Notes: generated from the letters alone by a model not told the origin. Counted from the stretch's first letter, positions 50,570 to 61,886 are shown. The stretch: DNA of 64,000 nt from Candidatus Borrarchaeum weybense (GCA_019057385.1 JAHQJS010000006.1:1-64000), one strand, 5' to 3'. A program made the numbers and translations.

Positions 50570-50701
50570 AATTTCCTCTCCATCAAATAACTTTTACATC
50601 TTTGAAATACCCACTACTGATTGGGACTTTTGAAGGTGAAGTGTAGGGATGAAAAGACGCTTTAATTATCAGATTCTCGCATTAAGATATTTTATTTCTA
50701 T

Positions 50702-51811
50702 TTAAGTCTTCGATAATTCGTAGATTTTCTCAATTTGTTGAGCTATTACTCTCAAATCATATTTCTTTGCATGTTCAATTGCCATTGCTCTCATTCTTGT
50801 AATATTATGAACTGTTAAAATATCAATTACAGCCAGAGCTAGTTCCCTTGAGTTTTTTGGGGCGACAATAATACCGTTTTCACCATTCTTAACAATTAAA
50901 GGAACGCCTCCTACATTTGTAGCTACAACAGGTACACCCATCGCCATAGCTTCTAATATCACTACAGGAAGTCCTTCAGAAAGAGATGGGAGAATTAAGA
51001 TGTCCGCCATTTGCAGATATTCAGGGATCTTTTCATGCGGGACACTGCCAACAAATTCAATCTCTGAATGATTTATTTTGTTTGAGTTTATCAGCATCTG
51101 AGAGAAATTCTTCAGGCGTTTTTCCTCTTCACCTTCACCCACAATGGTAAGTTTTATGTTTTTAATTCTTTCTTTAATCATCGGTATTGCTTGTAAGAGA
51201 TATCTAACACCTTTTATTTTATGCAGTCTACCAATAAACATCAGATTTATCTTTTCATCATTGTAGGTTTTTTTTCTGTGAAACTTTTTGAGGTTTATTC
51301 CTTCTGGTACAATATACACATCTTCTCTCTTTGATAACCTTATAATTTCTTTTTTCATGTTTTCATCTAAAGCTAATACAAAATTAGCATGAGAAACAAT
51401 AAACTTGAATATGATTCTTGAAAATACATTTTTTCTTTCTGCTTGATAGACATCTGAACCTTTTCCCCAAACAATACAAGGAATACCGAACAGAATTTTT
51501 GATAGAATTGCCGATAAACTAGAATATTCAATCATCTGTGATTGAACAACATCAATGTTTTTCAATTGCCTTATTTGTATGAGCAGGGAAATTATAAAGG
51601 TGAAAAAGCGTAAAATAGGTAAATCAATAACTTTTATACGTATGATAAAGAAATTGCTTATTCTTTCATTTAAAGCGAGGGGGGCTTTATGCCTTGTAAG
51701 AATTATAATTTGATGGTTCTTTGCTAATTCTTCGGCAAGTTGATATGTCCCTATTTCTACTCCTCCATATTCAAGAGGAAGAAAACTATGAATTAATATA
51801 CCGATTTTCAA
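50702..51811 (-). CDS. GT4 glycosyltransferase
   Basis: GGVE, GSD, FIGRL..IKG, EGLPVVILEAMA. Confidence 0.92.
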   Translation of the reverse strand: MKIGILIHSFLPLEYGGVEIGTYQLAEELAKNHQIIILTRHKAPLALNERISNFFIIRIKVIDLPILRFFTFIISLLIQIRQLKNIDVVQSQMIEYSSLSAILSKILFGIPCIVWGKGSDVYQAERKNVFSRIIFKFIVSHANFVLALDENMKKEIIRLSKREDVYIVPEGINLKKFHRKKTYNDEKINLMFIGRLHKIKGVRYLLQAIPMIKERIKNIKLTIVGEGEEEKRLKNFSQMLINSNKINHSEIEFVGSVPHEKIPEYLQMADILILPSLSEGLPVVILEAMAMGVPVVATNVGGVPLIVKNGENGIIVAPKNSRELALAVIDILTVHNITRMRAMAIEHAKKYDLRVIAQQIEKIYELSKT

Positions 51812-52244
51812 ACTACCACCAATCTGCTCATAAAGCCTGTCTCGAACAGAAATACAAATGTGATCTCATTATATTAAAGTAGGTTTCATTTAAAATTGAT
51901 GGTGTGTCCCAAACTTCGTCTGATGCTACGTAATAATTTTCTTTAAATTTTTATAATATCTTATAGAAATTATTCACTTTTAATGGGATATTGATAATCC
52001 TCATCCTATCAACTGTGCCTTCTTCTTTGAAATATTGAATCTAGGGTTTAACGATTTAGTTTATGACTTTATAAACACAAAACGCAAGAACTAAGATTAA
52101 AGTTCGGTAAACATAAACTTTTAAGAACTTTCTTAACAATGCTCTTTTGGTAATTTAATGATGTATATCTCTTAACAAGATTAAGAAGATAAATTTAGAT
52201 TTTAATAAACTTCAGATATATCAAGAGAATACGTGGTTTGATGT

Positions 52245-53096
52245 ATGGGGGAAGAACAGAAACCCATTAAATATGAACCGGAGCGATCAATTAAACAAGG
52301 GTATATCTCGCTCTGGAAAGAAATGTTCAAGGATACAAGAGAAAGCAAATGGCTAATTCGTCAGCTTTTTTTAAGAGATTTTAAAGCAATGTATAATCAA
52401 TCACTATTAGGAGTTTTATGGGCAATTATCATACCTCTTATAACACTTGGAACCTTTATTGTTTTGAGAAGTTCGGGATTATTTAGTGTTGGGGCGATAG
52501 AGGTACCTTATCCTATCTATGCACTCTTGGGTTTGATATTCTGGCAATTATTTGTCACTGGGATTTTACAGAGCACAAATTCGTTGACAAGCGCGGGCAC
52601 GATGATTAAAAAAATTAATTTTCCTCGTGAGGCCTTGATCTTCGCATCCTTTGGTAATACAATTGTCTCTTTTCTAATTCAGATAGTGATCGTTTCTATA
52701 TTATTTAGTATTTATGGATTTGTCCCTAATTGGAAGTTTGTACTGTTTCCGCTCATGGTAATTCCAATATTACTATTGACCTGCGGTTTAGGGTTCATAT
52801 TTTCAATAATAAATGGTATAATACGAGATTTAGGGCGAATCCTTAGCCTTGGATTAACCTTTTTATTGTTTGTTACTCCTATACTTTACGAAATCCCCGA
52901 AAGTGGCGTTGTAGCCACACTAGCCCGTGTCAACCCTTTATTTTATCTTTCGACAGCACCGAGGGATATCGCCCTTACTGGAACAATAAGTTATCCGTTT
53001 GGATTTTTCATCTCCTGTGCACTTTCAGTTTTCGTTTTTTTCTTTTGCTGGATGGCCTTTCATCTGACTGAAACTAGAATAGCGGAGAGGATTTAG
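52245..53096 (+). CDS. wzm: ABC polysaccharide exporter permease
   Basis: RDFKA.Y.QS.LG.LW.II.P, IKKINFPRE, RD, TPILY, NP. Confidence 0.9.
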   Translation: MGEEQKPIKYEPERSIKQGYISLWKEMFKDTRESKWLIRQLFLRDFKAMYNQSLLGVLWAIIIPLITLGTFIVLRSSGLFSVGAIEVPYPIYALLGLIFWQLFVTGILQSTNSLTSAGTMIKKINFPREALIFASFGNTIVSFLIQIVIVSILFSIYGFVPNWKFVLFPLMVIPILLLTCGLGFIFSIINGIIRDLGRILSLGLTFLLFVTPILYEIPESGVVATLARVNPLFYLSTAPRDIALTGTISYPFGFFISCALSVFVFFFCWMAFHLTETRIAERI

Positions 53097-53101
53097 GAAC
53101 T

Positions 53102-54391
53102 ATGATATTGCGAGAAAAAAATGCGTTTACATCAGTTGGGGACGAGGTTGTTATTAGAGTGGAAAATGTATCAAAGAAGTTTTCTAAGTCTCTCAAGAGG
53201 TCTATGATCTATGGCATTAAGGATACCATTAAAAATATTTTTAAGTCGTCCGCGAAACCTGATATACTCAGAAAAGGTGAATTCTGGGCAGTAAATAATA
53301 TTTCATTTGAATTAAAAATGGGAGAATGTTTCGGCATTATAGGTCCAAATGGTTCAGGTAAAACAACGCTATTATCAATGTTGAACGGGATTTTTATGCC
53401 TGATACAGGCACGATAACAATAAAAGGAAAAACAGGCGCGTTAATAGCTGTTGGAGCGGGATTTCATCCCATGCTAACAGGTAGGGAAAATATTTACATT
53501 AAAGGTGCCATTATGGGAATGAGCAAAGCTGAACTTGACTCGAAATTTGATACCATAGTTGAATTTGCTGACATAGGCGATTTTCTTGATATGCCCGTAA
53601 AAAACTATAGTTCTGGGATGTTTGTAAGACTAGGTTTCTCTGTTGCAGTACATTGTGAACCGGAAATTCTTTTGATAGATGAAGTACTTTCTGTCGGTGA
53701 TTTGTCTTTTCAAAATAAATGTCTCCAGCGTCTTGATGAACTTAGGGAGAAAACGAATGCTGTGGTGCTTGTTAGTCATAATCTGGAACATGTAAGGACT
53801 TTATGCGATAGAGTATTGGTATTAAATAGTGGAAAGCCTGTGTTTTTAGGAACGTCAACTCAAGCCATCCAAAAATATGAGGAAATCACTCGCGATAAAC
53901 GATTGAAAAATTTGGAGAGGACTGGTGGACTTAGCAGGTATTTATTTTACTCATCTGGAGACATTGAATTTCTAGAAGGGGGGATAATGAATGAGTTAGG
54001 AAAACAAATTGACGCAATATCAATAGATGATGACGTAATCACATTCATAAGATTTCGAGTAAAAAACTCCATAGACACAGCCATAATAGCTATCTCTATA
54101 TTGAACACGCGGCATACACTATGTATTTGGCAGTTCAGTAATGACAAAGATCCGACTAAATTCTACAAATTTGATAGGGGAGAATATCTTGTAAAGGCGA
54201 AATTCAAGAAACCAAGGTTGGCCCCAGGAGTTTACACGATTTCCTATTCCATAAGGGATCAAAAAAGCGGAGAGATATATGAGAAGAATATAGGGTTTGT
54301 TGCTCCATTTAAAGTAACCGGCAAAGCGTTTGAGCGTAGCGTAATTTATGTAGAAAGCGAATGGGATGTAGAAAAGATTAAGATGAACTGA
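53102..54391 (+). CDS. wzt: ABC polysaccharide exporter ATPase with a Wzt_C carbohydrate-binding domain
   Basis: FWA, GPNGSGKTT, GFHP.LTGRENI, YSSGM..RLGF, IDEVLSVGD; C-terminal beta domain. Confidence 0.93.
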   Translation: MILREKNAFTSVGDEVVIRVENVSKKFSKSLKRSMIYGIKDTIKNIFKSSAKPDILRKGEFWAVNNISFELKMGECFGIIGPNGSGKTTLLSMLNGIFMPDTGTITIKGKTGALIAVGAGFHPMLTGRENIYIKGAIMGMSKAELDSKFDTIVEFADIGDFLDMPVKNYSSGMFVRLGFSVAVHCEPEILLIDEVLSVGDLSFQNKCLQRLDELREKTNAVVLVSHNLEHVRTLCDRVLVLNSGKPVFLGTSTQAIQKYEEITRDKRLKNLERTGGLSRYLFYSSGDIEFLEGGIMNELGKQIDAISIDDDVITFIRFRVKNSIDTAIIAISILNTRHTLCIWQFSNDKDPTKFYKFDRGEYLVKAKFKKPRLAPGVYTISYSIRDQKSGEIYEKNIGFVAPFKVTGKAFERSVIYVESEWDVEKIKMN

Positions 54392-54453
54392 TGAAGAAGA
54401 AATAACTTTATTCGTTTTGAGAAGAAACAAGCTGTAATGAATGGAGTCTTAGT

Positions 54454-55362
54454 ATGAAAAAATTAACGTCTTACGATTTTTACATAGTCATAAGATCTGC
54501 AAATGAAAGGTCTTTACCTCTTTGTCTGAAATCGGTTAGGTCTCTAGGTGTGGATTTTGAGGTCATTAACATAAATCCTTTTTGGAAAGCAGTGATTAAA
54601 ACATTTAAAATTGGAATCAAAAGAGGGAGAAGATTTACAGTTGGATTAGATGCAGATATTGTCTTATATAAAAACGCAATTGACACTTTCATTAGAGTTA
54701 TCACCAAAACGCCAAGATATTGGAAATATGATTTTGGCCTAAAAGATCGATTTTATCCTAATAAAATATGGGGAGTGCATGTCTATGAGACGAGGGCTCT
54801 TCCAATTGCACTTGAGAATTTACCAAAGAATATCCAAATAATCTCAAAGCCAGAACGTCGATTTTGTTTCGAACTCAGGAAGAAAGAATACAACGACATT
54901 AACGTTCCTGATATAGTCGGAGAACATGGTTATAATCAATATTACAGAGATATTTTCAATCGTTTCTTTCATAGAGCGATCAGGAATCCACGTCATAAGA
55001 AAAAAATTTTCAAAATTACTGATAATAATGAAAACGACACTGGTTACAATCAAAATTATTACAGGAATCTCCCCAACCGCGTCTTTAATAGAGTCGTTAA
55101 AAAACCATATCTTGAGAAAATAATTTTCAAGAACCTTGATAATCTTAAAACTGACCCAGAACTAATGATGGCATACTTAGGTTGGCAAGAAGGAGAATCT
55201 TTTCTTTACAAATATAAATTGAAAATGATGATGAAGAGATTACTTCTCCTAGGTAGAAAATTAAGTAAGGACGTATTTCTCCCAATGGACTTTAAGAAAC
55301 AGAAAGACATCAAAAAATATCTTAAGAGATATGGATTAAAAGAACTAGAACCTTTGAATTGA
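54454..55362 (+). CDS. GT-A-like hypothetical protein with an internal 38-aa duplication
   Basis: VIRS..ER...C..S, LDAD (DxD), VG.H...QYY.DI. Confidence 0.6.
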   Translation: MKKLTSYDFYIVIRSANERSLPLCLKSVRSLGVDFEVININPFWKAVIKTFKIGIKRGRRFTVGLDADIVLYKNAIDTFIRVITKTPRYWKYDFGLKDRFYPNKIWGVHVYETRALPIALENLPKNIQIISKPERRFCFELRKKEYNDINVPDIVGEHGYNQYYRDIFNRFFHRAIRNPRHKKKIFKITDNNENDTGYNQNYYRNLPNRVFNRVVKKPYLEKIIFKNLDNLKTDPELMMAYLGWQEGESFLYKYKLKMMMKRLLLLGRKLSKDVFLPMDFKKQKDIKKYLKRYGLKELEPLN

Positions 55363-55428
55363 GATAATTAATTTTTAATTAAATAAGAGTAGAAAAAGAA
55401 TGCGTGAACCAATTTGTGTTGAAAGACC

Positions 55429-56484
55429 ATGAAAATTCATATATACTATGGTTTCAGGGAAGGCGCATGGGGAGGAGCGAATCAATTTTTGAAATATTTG
55501 AAAAATTATTTAATTTCACAGGATTTGTATGAGGAAGATCCGTTAAAGGCTTCCGTGATATTATTTAATAGTTATCCGTTTAGGGAAGAGTGGAGGTTTA
55601 AAAGATTATTGAAGATTAAACGTGATAATAAGATCATAATTCATCGAGTAGATGGACCTATTTCGATAGTCAGAGGACATGGAAAGTGGAAATATATCGA
55701 TGAAATAATTTATAAATTTAATAAATTAGCTGCTGATGGTACTATTTTTCAAAGTAGATGGTCTATGATAAATAATAAACACATTGGAATGAAATCAAAT
55801 GATTACGAAACAATATTACTTAATGGAACTGACCCGTCTGTTTTTAGTTATACAAAGTCTTTGATTGGAGAAAAAGTTAAACTGGTATGTTCAAGTTGGT
55901 CTTCTAATTGGAATAAGGGATTTAAACTATACAAATATCTAGATGAAAATTTGGATTTTTCCAAGTTTGAAATGTGTTTTATTGGTAATTCACCTATAAA
56001 GTTCAAAAACATAAAATATGTTAAACCATTGCCTCCTAAAAGCATTGCAAAAAAACTAAGGAATTATAATATTTATATTACGGCTAGTGTAAACGATCCA
56101 TGTTCAAATTCACTAATAGAAGCGATATCTGTTGGATTGCCAATAATTGCAATAAATAGTGGAGGAAATCCAGAAATATTAGAAAGAACAAATTCAGGTT
56201 TACTATTTAATAGTGAAAATGATGCTATTGAGAAGATCGAAGATTTGGTAAAAAATTATTCGGAAATAGTCAAAAAAATTAAACCCCTTACTATTGATGA
56301 CGTTGGAAAAAAATATGTGGAATTTAGTGAAAATTTAGAACCACGGAAGAAAATATCTACTGGAGATGTTTTTAGGTTTATGAACTTTTTTTACTTCAAG
56401 AAAATAATAAGTGGAGAGACAAAATGGATACGGAAATGTTGTATGAACTTAAAGATAAAATTCTTATGTTTTTGCAGAAGATGA
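55429..56484 (+). CDS. GT4-like glycosyltransferase
   Basis: GGANQF, HRVDG, NG.D, KG, DPCSNSLIEA..GLP. Confidence 0.82.
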   Translation: MKIHIYYGFREGAWGGANQFLKYLKNYLISQDLYEEDPLKASVILFNSYPFREEWRFKRLLKIKRDNKIIIHRVDGPISIVRGHGKWKYIDEIIYKFNKLAADGTIFQSRWSMINNKHIGMKSNDYETILLNGTDPSVFSYTKSLIGEKVKLVCSSWSSNWNKGFKLYKYLDENLDFSKFEMCFIGNSPIKFKNIKYVKPLPPKSIAKKLRNYNIYITASVNDPCSNSLIEAISVGLPIIAINSGGNPEILERTNSGLLFNSENDAIEKIEDLVKNYSEIVKKIKPLTIDDVGKKYVEFSENLEPRKKISTGDVFRFMNFFYFKKIISGETKWIRKCCMNLKIKFLCFCRR

Positions 56485-57503
56485 AAGGCAAAAATGGATT
56501 CTATAGATATTCTCTCTCTGGAGATTTATATGATGAGAATATACACTGGGGGCTTGGAAATTCTATTTTTGCACTTAGATTATACTATATGATAAATTCT
56601 CTTGAAAATAAAGACTTAAATGATATATATAATGTTGTTATTTCATACCAAAGACCAAATGGATACATATATGACGATTATCTACACAGAAAAACACTTT
56701 CTATGGGAAAGATACTTTCTTCAATAAAAAATCTTCGATTAAGAAATTTATTCCGAGAAAAAGAAAAAAGAGCTGAAACAAGACAGTCCTTCTCCTCGCT
56801 CTTTATGATACGCAAAAAACCTCCCATTCCCTTTTATGATTTTCCAAAATCAGAAGCATCGATAGAAAAATATCTTTCTACCTTAAATTGGAATAAGCCT
56901 TGGGATGCAGGCAGTCATTTTAGTATTTTAATTTTCTTTTTGTTTAATATGAAGAGGTTCTATCCTAGATATTTTGACTATGATGCAAATGAACTAATTA
57001 ATTATGCCCTTGGATGGATAAATGAAATTCAAAATGATGATGGAAGCTGGTATATTGGTAATACAACCTCGAATCAAAAAATAAATGGTGCTATGAAAAT
57101 ACTAACGGGATTGAATGTAACGAGTGAGCCGATTAATAACCCCGAGAAACTTATAGATTTATCTCTTAGGACGATAAATGATAGTCAGGCCTGCGATAAC
57201 TTCAATATTGTCTATGTTCTTTACAACTGTTCAAAACAAATTAACTTCGCGTATAGGCAGGACGAAATTGAAAGATTTTTTGAGGATAGGCTAAGATTAT
57301 ACCAGAAATATTATTTTAAAGATATCGGGGGATTTTCTTTTCATCCAAATAAATCAAATGAATCTTATTATGGTGCGAAAATAACAAAAGGATTATGCGA
57401 ACCCGATATCCACGGAACAATGTTATTTACATGGGGCATAAGCTTAATCTCAGAAGTTCTGGGTATTAATAAAGAGATAGGTTTAAAACCCTTTATCCCA
57501 TAG
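56424..57503 (+). CDS. Hypothetical glycan-cluster protein, (alpha/alpha)-toroid-like
   Basis: AETRQ, L.W..PW.AGSH, Q..DGSW, INGAMK, GGFS, PD.HGT motifs; overlaps the upstream GT. Confidence 0.6.
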   Translation: MDTEMLYELKDKILMFLQKMKGKNGFYRYSLSGDLYDENIHWGLGNSIFALRLYYMINSLENKDLNDIYNVVISYQRPNGYIYDDYLHRKTLSMGKILSSIKNLRLRNLFREKEKRAETRQSFSSLFMIRKKPPIPFYDFPKSEASIEKYLSTLNWNKPWDAGSHFSILIFFLFNMKRFYPRYFDYDANELINYALGWINEIQNDDGSWYIGNTTSNQKINGAMKILTGLNVTSEPINNPEKLIDLSLRTINDSQACDNFNIVYVLYNCSKQINFAYRQDEIERFFEDRLRLYQKYYFKDIGGFSFHPNKSNESYYGAKITKGLCEPDIHGTMLFTWGISLISEVLGINKEIGLKPFIP

Positions 57504-57693
57504 GCATTTCTCAATATAATTGGCTAGAATATCTGAAACTAGGACAATCAAAACACTATTAATTAAGCTTTGGGGAGAAATGGGATTGAATATATGATGC
57601 AATAGGATCGAAAAGTGAAAAAACCATCGCAAACATAAAGATTACGTCAAAAAAAAACGACCGAAAAAATGACTAAAATGTCAATGCATTGAA

Positions 57694-58779
57694 GTGAAAA
57701 GAACTATGAAAAAGATCTACAACTACTTTTTTTCTCGATTTAAAAGGCCTCATACTATATTGTACTACATTATAGAATCAGCGGACTGGGTGATCAGATG
57801 GATCGGCAACGAAATATCAGAAAAAATGAACAGTCAAAAACTTTTAAAGACCATAGCAACCAATACCCACGCTTGTATTCATAATCAGATAATCCATTTT
57901 GGCAGTAGAAATTTCTTGCTAAGGAATTCTTGGAGAACTGTTGACTCAAGCAACAAGATTGTGTTAAGTTGGTATCATGGTTCAGAGAAAGACAAGACGC
58001 CGTCAAATCTGGCGATGATAAAAACTTTACCTGAAGCTTGTGAAAAGGTTGATGTGATCCATACAGCATGCAAAATATCGAGAGAGAAATTGATAAATTG
58101 GGGCGTTCCAGAAGAAAAGATTGTACTTATCCCTTTTGGAGTTAATCTGGAAATTTTCAAACATGTGTCAGTAGCACAGAAAAACAAAATCAGAAAAACT
58201 CTTGGCTTACCACAAGACAAGATTGTTATAGGATCTTTCCAGAAAGATGGATTAGGATGGGGAGAGGGGCTGGAGCCGAAATTAGTGAAGGGCCCTGATA
58301 TCTTTGTAGAAGTTGTTGATAGGTTATATAGAGACTATGATATAATAGCTTTTATTCTTGGCCCTGCAAGAGGTTACGTAAAAAGAGAGTTAGAGAAAAG
58401 AGGAGTCCCATATCTACATGATTCTACTAGTGGTTGGAGTATGACATCAAAATTCTATCATGCTTTAGATTTGTACTTGGTGACATCTAGAGAAGAAGGT
58501 GGTCCACTGGCAATATTAGAAGCAATGGCTACTGGAGTACCATTAGTGAGTACAAAGGTTGGCATGTCACCAGACGTTATAATAGATGGATATAATGGCC
58601 TCCTGAGTGAATTAGAGGATGTGCATATGTTGGTAAGAAAAGCGACAAGTATAATAGAAGATAAAGAGTTAGCCTATCAATTAGTAGCGAATGGACTGAA
58701 AACTGTCAAGAATTATTCATGGGAGAAGATATGTAGGCGTCATTACGAAGAAATCTATTCAAGGTTTATCACAACGTAA
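57694..58779 (+). CDS. GT4 glycosyltransferase
   Basis: IP.GV, IGSFQKDG.GW...PKLVKGPD, EGGPLAILEAMA. Confidence 0.9.
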   Translation: MKRTMKKIYNYFFSRFKRPHTILYYIIESADWVIRWIGNEISEKMNSQKLLKTIATNTHACIHNQIIHFGSRNFLLRNSWRTVDSSNKIVLSWYHGSEKDKTPSNLAMIKTLPEACEKVDVIHTACKISREKLINWGVPEEKIVLIPFGVNLEIFKHVSVAQKNKIRKTLGLPQDKIVIGSFQKDGLGWGEGLEPKLVKGPDIFVEVVDRLYRDYDIIAFILGPARGYVKRELEKRGVPYLHDSTSGWSMTSKFYHALDLYLVTSREEGGPLAILEAMATGVPLVSTKVGMSPDVIIDGYNGLLSELEDVHMLVRKATSIIEDKELAYQLVANGLKTVKNYSWEKICRRHYEEIYSRFITT

Positions 58780-58898
58780 TATTGGAAAAAGACACAATGA
58801 AGTCTTATGTCTAATGAATATACAAAAATGACAAAAGAAGTTAGAAAGTGCATAACAAGTAATACAAATAGTAGTGATTAAGATAGAGGAGAAAATGT

Positions 58899-59561
58899 AT
58901 GAATGTCAACAATGGATCAAAAAAGCATACTGTGGAAATAGAGCCACATCTTGATTGGTCTAAATATAAAACAAATTTTCTTGACTCTTTGAGAAGTAAA
59001 CCTATAAGAGAACTGTTGAAAAAGAAAATTATAGCATATATTGTAAACGAAGGTTTCTCTAAAATAATGGAAATTGGTTTTGGGAGTGGATATGAGTATA
59101 AGCGTTTAAGAGACGATTTAAAAAGATATAATGCCAAATACATAGGTGTCGATTATACTCTCAAGTTTGTTGAAGAGGCGAGAAAAAAGTATCCCAAAAT
59201 CGATTGGTTTCAGGGAGATATCAGAAGTTTAGATTTTGAAGATAATGCAGTTGATTTAATTTTTGCCTATCATGTTTTAGAACACCAAAAAGGTTTACCA
59301 GACGTTAGAAAAGCAATTAAGGAAATGTGCCGAGTAGCAAAAGAGAAAGTAATAATTATTTGGTTTAAAGCCCCCTCAATAGTTGATAAAACAAGCCACT
59401 GGAGAGATGGCAATTTTTTTGTTTATAAATATAGTGCCGCAGATATTTGGAGGATAGTCTTAGAAACTGATTTTATTGTAAAAGAAATTTTATGGGAGAA
59501 TCCCTGGCAAAATACTGTTTGGACTCTTGAAAAAAAGAAGAAACCTGAAGAAATCTACTGA
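58899..59561 (+). CDS. Class I SAM-dependent methyltransferase
   Basis: MEIGFGSG, GVD, GDI..L.F.D...D, VLEH, EM.RV. Confidence 0.85.
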   Translation: MNVNNGSKKHTVEIEPHLDWSKYKTNFLDSLRSKPIRELLKKKIIAYIVNEGFSKIMEIGFGSGYEYKRLRDDLKRYNAKYIGVDYTLKFVEEARKKYPKIDWFQGDIRSLDFEDNAVDLIFAYHVLEHQKGLPDVRKAIKEMCRVAKEKVIIIWFKAPSIVDKTSHWRDGNFFVYKYSAADIWRIVLETDFIVKEILWENPWQNTVWTLEKKKKPEEIY

Positions 59562-59660
59562 AAAATAAAAAAGTTTCCTGAAAGCTTTCATAAAGAATTT
59601 GGAGATGAGTAAATTCAGGTTATCATTATACCGACTCGTAAAACCTGTAGGCGACCCAAT

Positions 59661-60680
59661 ATGAAAAACTATGAATTTGTCAAAATGCCCTGCACTCCGA
59701 ACACTGTTGGAGTAAGAACTCCAAATGGTATAACTGAATTGTATGGAATATGGCCATTAATCGACGAAAATTTGCGTTTTCTTAACATCATTGCTGTTGG
59801 TCATAAGAGTGGCATACATGACAAAGTTCACCTTCCTTTAACAAAAAAATTGTTTCCAACAGCAAAGTATATTTTCAACTGCCAAAGTGGTCCTTATCTA
59901 GTTTCACATTACAATGAGGTTCTTGAGTTCTTTGATGGACATATGACATTGGATTATGACCGTTCAAATTCCAAATCTCTTTACATGAGCCATTCAATGA
60001 TGGTAAGAAGCATGCCCTTCGAAAATCTTTTCTGGGAACCCCAAAAAGTAAAGAAATGGGATTTCAGCATTCTCACTAGAGTTGGAGACAATAATGCGAA
60101 GAGGTGGGATCGATGCATAAGGATTGTGGACAAACTATGCTCTAATGGTTTAACTGGCCTAGTATTTACGCAAAGAGATGATTTTTCAAAAGTATTAAGA
60201 TCAAGGTTTTCAAAAGAGAGAATTTTTAAGAAATACGTAGAAGCTGGACTTTTATATCTTTCTAGTTATATAGATCATCACAAATTTCACAAACTGCAGA
60301 GCATGGCACGAGTAAGTATTTTTCCGAATACTTGTGATGCATTTCCTAAGAATATTATTGAAAATGTACTTGCAGACAAGATGGTGGTCATAAGTAGAGA
60401 TCTTTTATATGGAAAATCCGTTATTACACCGGAATTTGGAGAATGCTTAGATTTCGACTCACGTTCATCCTTAGAGAGATGTTTAGAAATTGTAGAAAAA
60501 GAAAAGATGAGAAAAAGTCCTCTCAATAATCGACAAAAATGGTTAAAAAAATATAGCTTTGGCCCATTGGCAGCACTCTGGGCTGAAGAGTTAAATGCGA
60601 AATTTAATACAGACAGCAAACTTGCTTTCTTTATGAATCATATTGAACGAATAAAAAAAATGAACTCAATTTTAGCCTAA
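59661..60680 (+). CDS. Divergent GT-B-like hypothetical protein
   Basis: C-terminal KR...ARVSIFP...DAFPK.IIE.V resembles the GT4 nucleotide-binding domain. Confidence 0.5.
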   Translation: MKNYEFVKMPCTPNTVGVRTPNGITELYGIWPLIDENLRFLNIIAVGHKSGIHDKVHLPLTKKLFPTAKYIFNCQSGPYLVSHYNEVLEFFDGHMTLDYDRSNSKSLYMSHSMMVRSMPFENLFWEPQKVKKWDFSILTRVGDNNAKRWDRCIRIVDKLCSNGLTGLVFTQRDDFSKVLRSRFSKERIFKKYVEAGLLYLSSYIDHHKFHKLQSMARVSIFPNTCDAFPKNIIENVLADKMVVISRDLLYGKSVITPEFGECLDFDSRSSLERCLEIVEKEKMRKSPLNNRQKWLKKYSFGPLAALWAEELNAKFNTDSKLAFFMNHIERIKKMNSILA

Positions 60681-60740
60681 GAGACTCTATTTTCTAGCTA
60701 TTGAGACTTTTTAGAAACTCGCCTAATAGCATAGGATATA

Positions 60741-61886
60741 TTGGTGAGATTTATTATGAGAATTACGGACACCACGCTAACTTTGTTTTTCACTCGAAAC
60801 ATGAGTTTGAAGGAGTGGTCGGACATCGGTATTATTGAACGAGAACTTTTGATATACAAGAAACTCTCGATGCATCTGAAGAAAGTCAATATAGTAACAT
60901 ATGGAGGCCGCAAAGACAAATTTTATTCTAGAAAACTTGGGGCTATTAATGTTTTGCCAGTGACATGGCACACTAGGACAACTACCATTCTTCATTTATT
61001 GATGAAATATTATCCTGAAATTAAGAACTCAAGTATATTAAAGACAAATCAGATTTCAGGTTCTGAAATTCCTTTATGGTTCAAAAAGAAATTCGGGAAA
61101 AAATTAATCGTGCGGTGCGGCTATTTATATGCTCAATTCACATTCAAACTGACAAAAGACGAGGCAACGCGTAAGAAGGCCTATAGGTTAGAACGTGATG
61201 CTTTCTCATTTGCTGACGTGGGGATCGTATCATCTCTCAGGGATCGCGAATATGTCTTAGCAGAATATAGGATTAAGCCTGAGAAAATAAAGGTTATACC
61301 AAATTATGTAGCGACTGATATTTTTAGACCGATTCCATCAATCCAAAAAAACTACGATTTAGTTTATGTTGGAAGAGGTGGAGCCCAAAAAAACTTAGAG
61401 AATCTATTAAAAGCGATAAAATATCTCAAAACAGAAAAGCATATACCATCATTGTTGATGATAGGAAACTGCTGTTATGATAGTAAGATCAAGCGAATGA
61501 TAGATAAATATGAGTTAGATGTGGCATTAAATGGTATTATCCCAAATTTTAAACTTCCCCAGATAATTAATCAAGCTAGGATTTTCGTTCTTCCTTCATA
61601 CTTTGAGGGTCACCCTAAAGCATTGCTTGAAGCTATGAGTTGTGGAATACCATGTCTTGGAACTAATGTTACTGGAATAAAGAACGATATTGAACATTTG
61701 GTCACGGGTTATTTGTCCGAGACTGATTTTAAAAGCATTGCAGACTCAATAGGCACACTTTTGTCTGATGAATCACTTCAATTCAAACTTGGCAGAAGAG
61801 CACGAAATTATATCTTAAAAAATTATTCGCTAGATAAGATATTACAAATGGAACTTGAAGTCATAGGAGAGGTACTTGCCTCATGA
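60741..61886 (+). CDS. GT4 glycosyltransferase
   Basis: IPNYV, YVGR...QKN, EGHPKALLEAMSCG. Confidence 0.9.
   Translation: MVRFIMRITDTTLTLFFTRNMSLKEWSDIGIIERELLIYKKLSMHLKKVNIVTYGGRKDKFYSRKLGAINVLPVTWHTRTTTILHLLMKYYPEIKNSSILKTNQISGSEIPLWFKKKFGKKLIVRCGYLYAQFTFKLTKDEATRKKAYRLERDAFSFADVGIVSSLRDREYVLAEYRIKPEKIKVIPNYVATDIFRPIPSIQKNYDLVYVGRGGAQKNLENLLKAIKYLKTEKHIPSLLMIGNCCYDSKIKRMIDKYELDVALNGIIPNFKLPQIINQARIFVLPSYFEGHPKALLEAMSCGIPCLGTNVTGIKNDIEHLVTGYLSETDFKSIADSIGTLLSDESLQFKLGRRARNYILKNYSLDKILQMELEVIGEVLAS

Noticed and set aside
59606-59660. Possible frameshifted N-terminus (MSK/IQVIIIP) of the 59661 gene
   Set aside because: Plausible but cannot be supported without homologues
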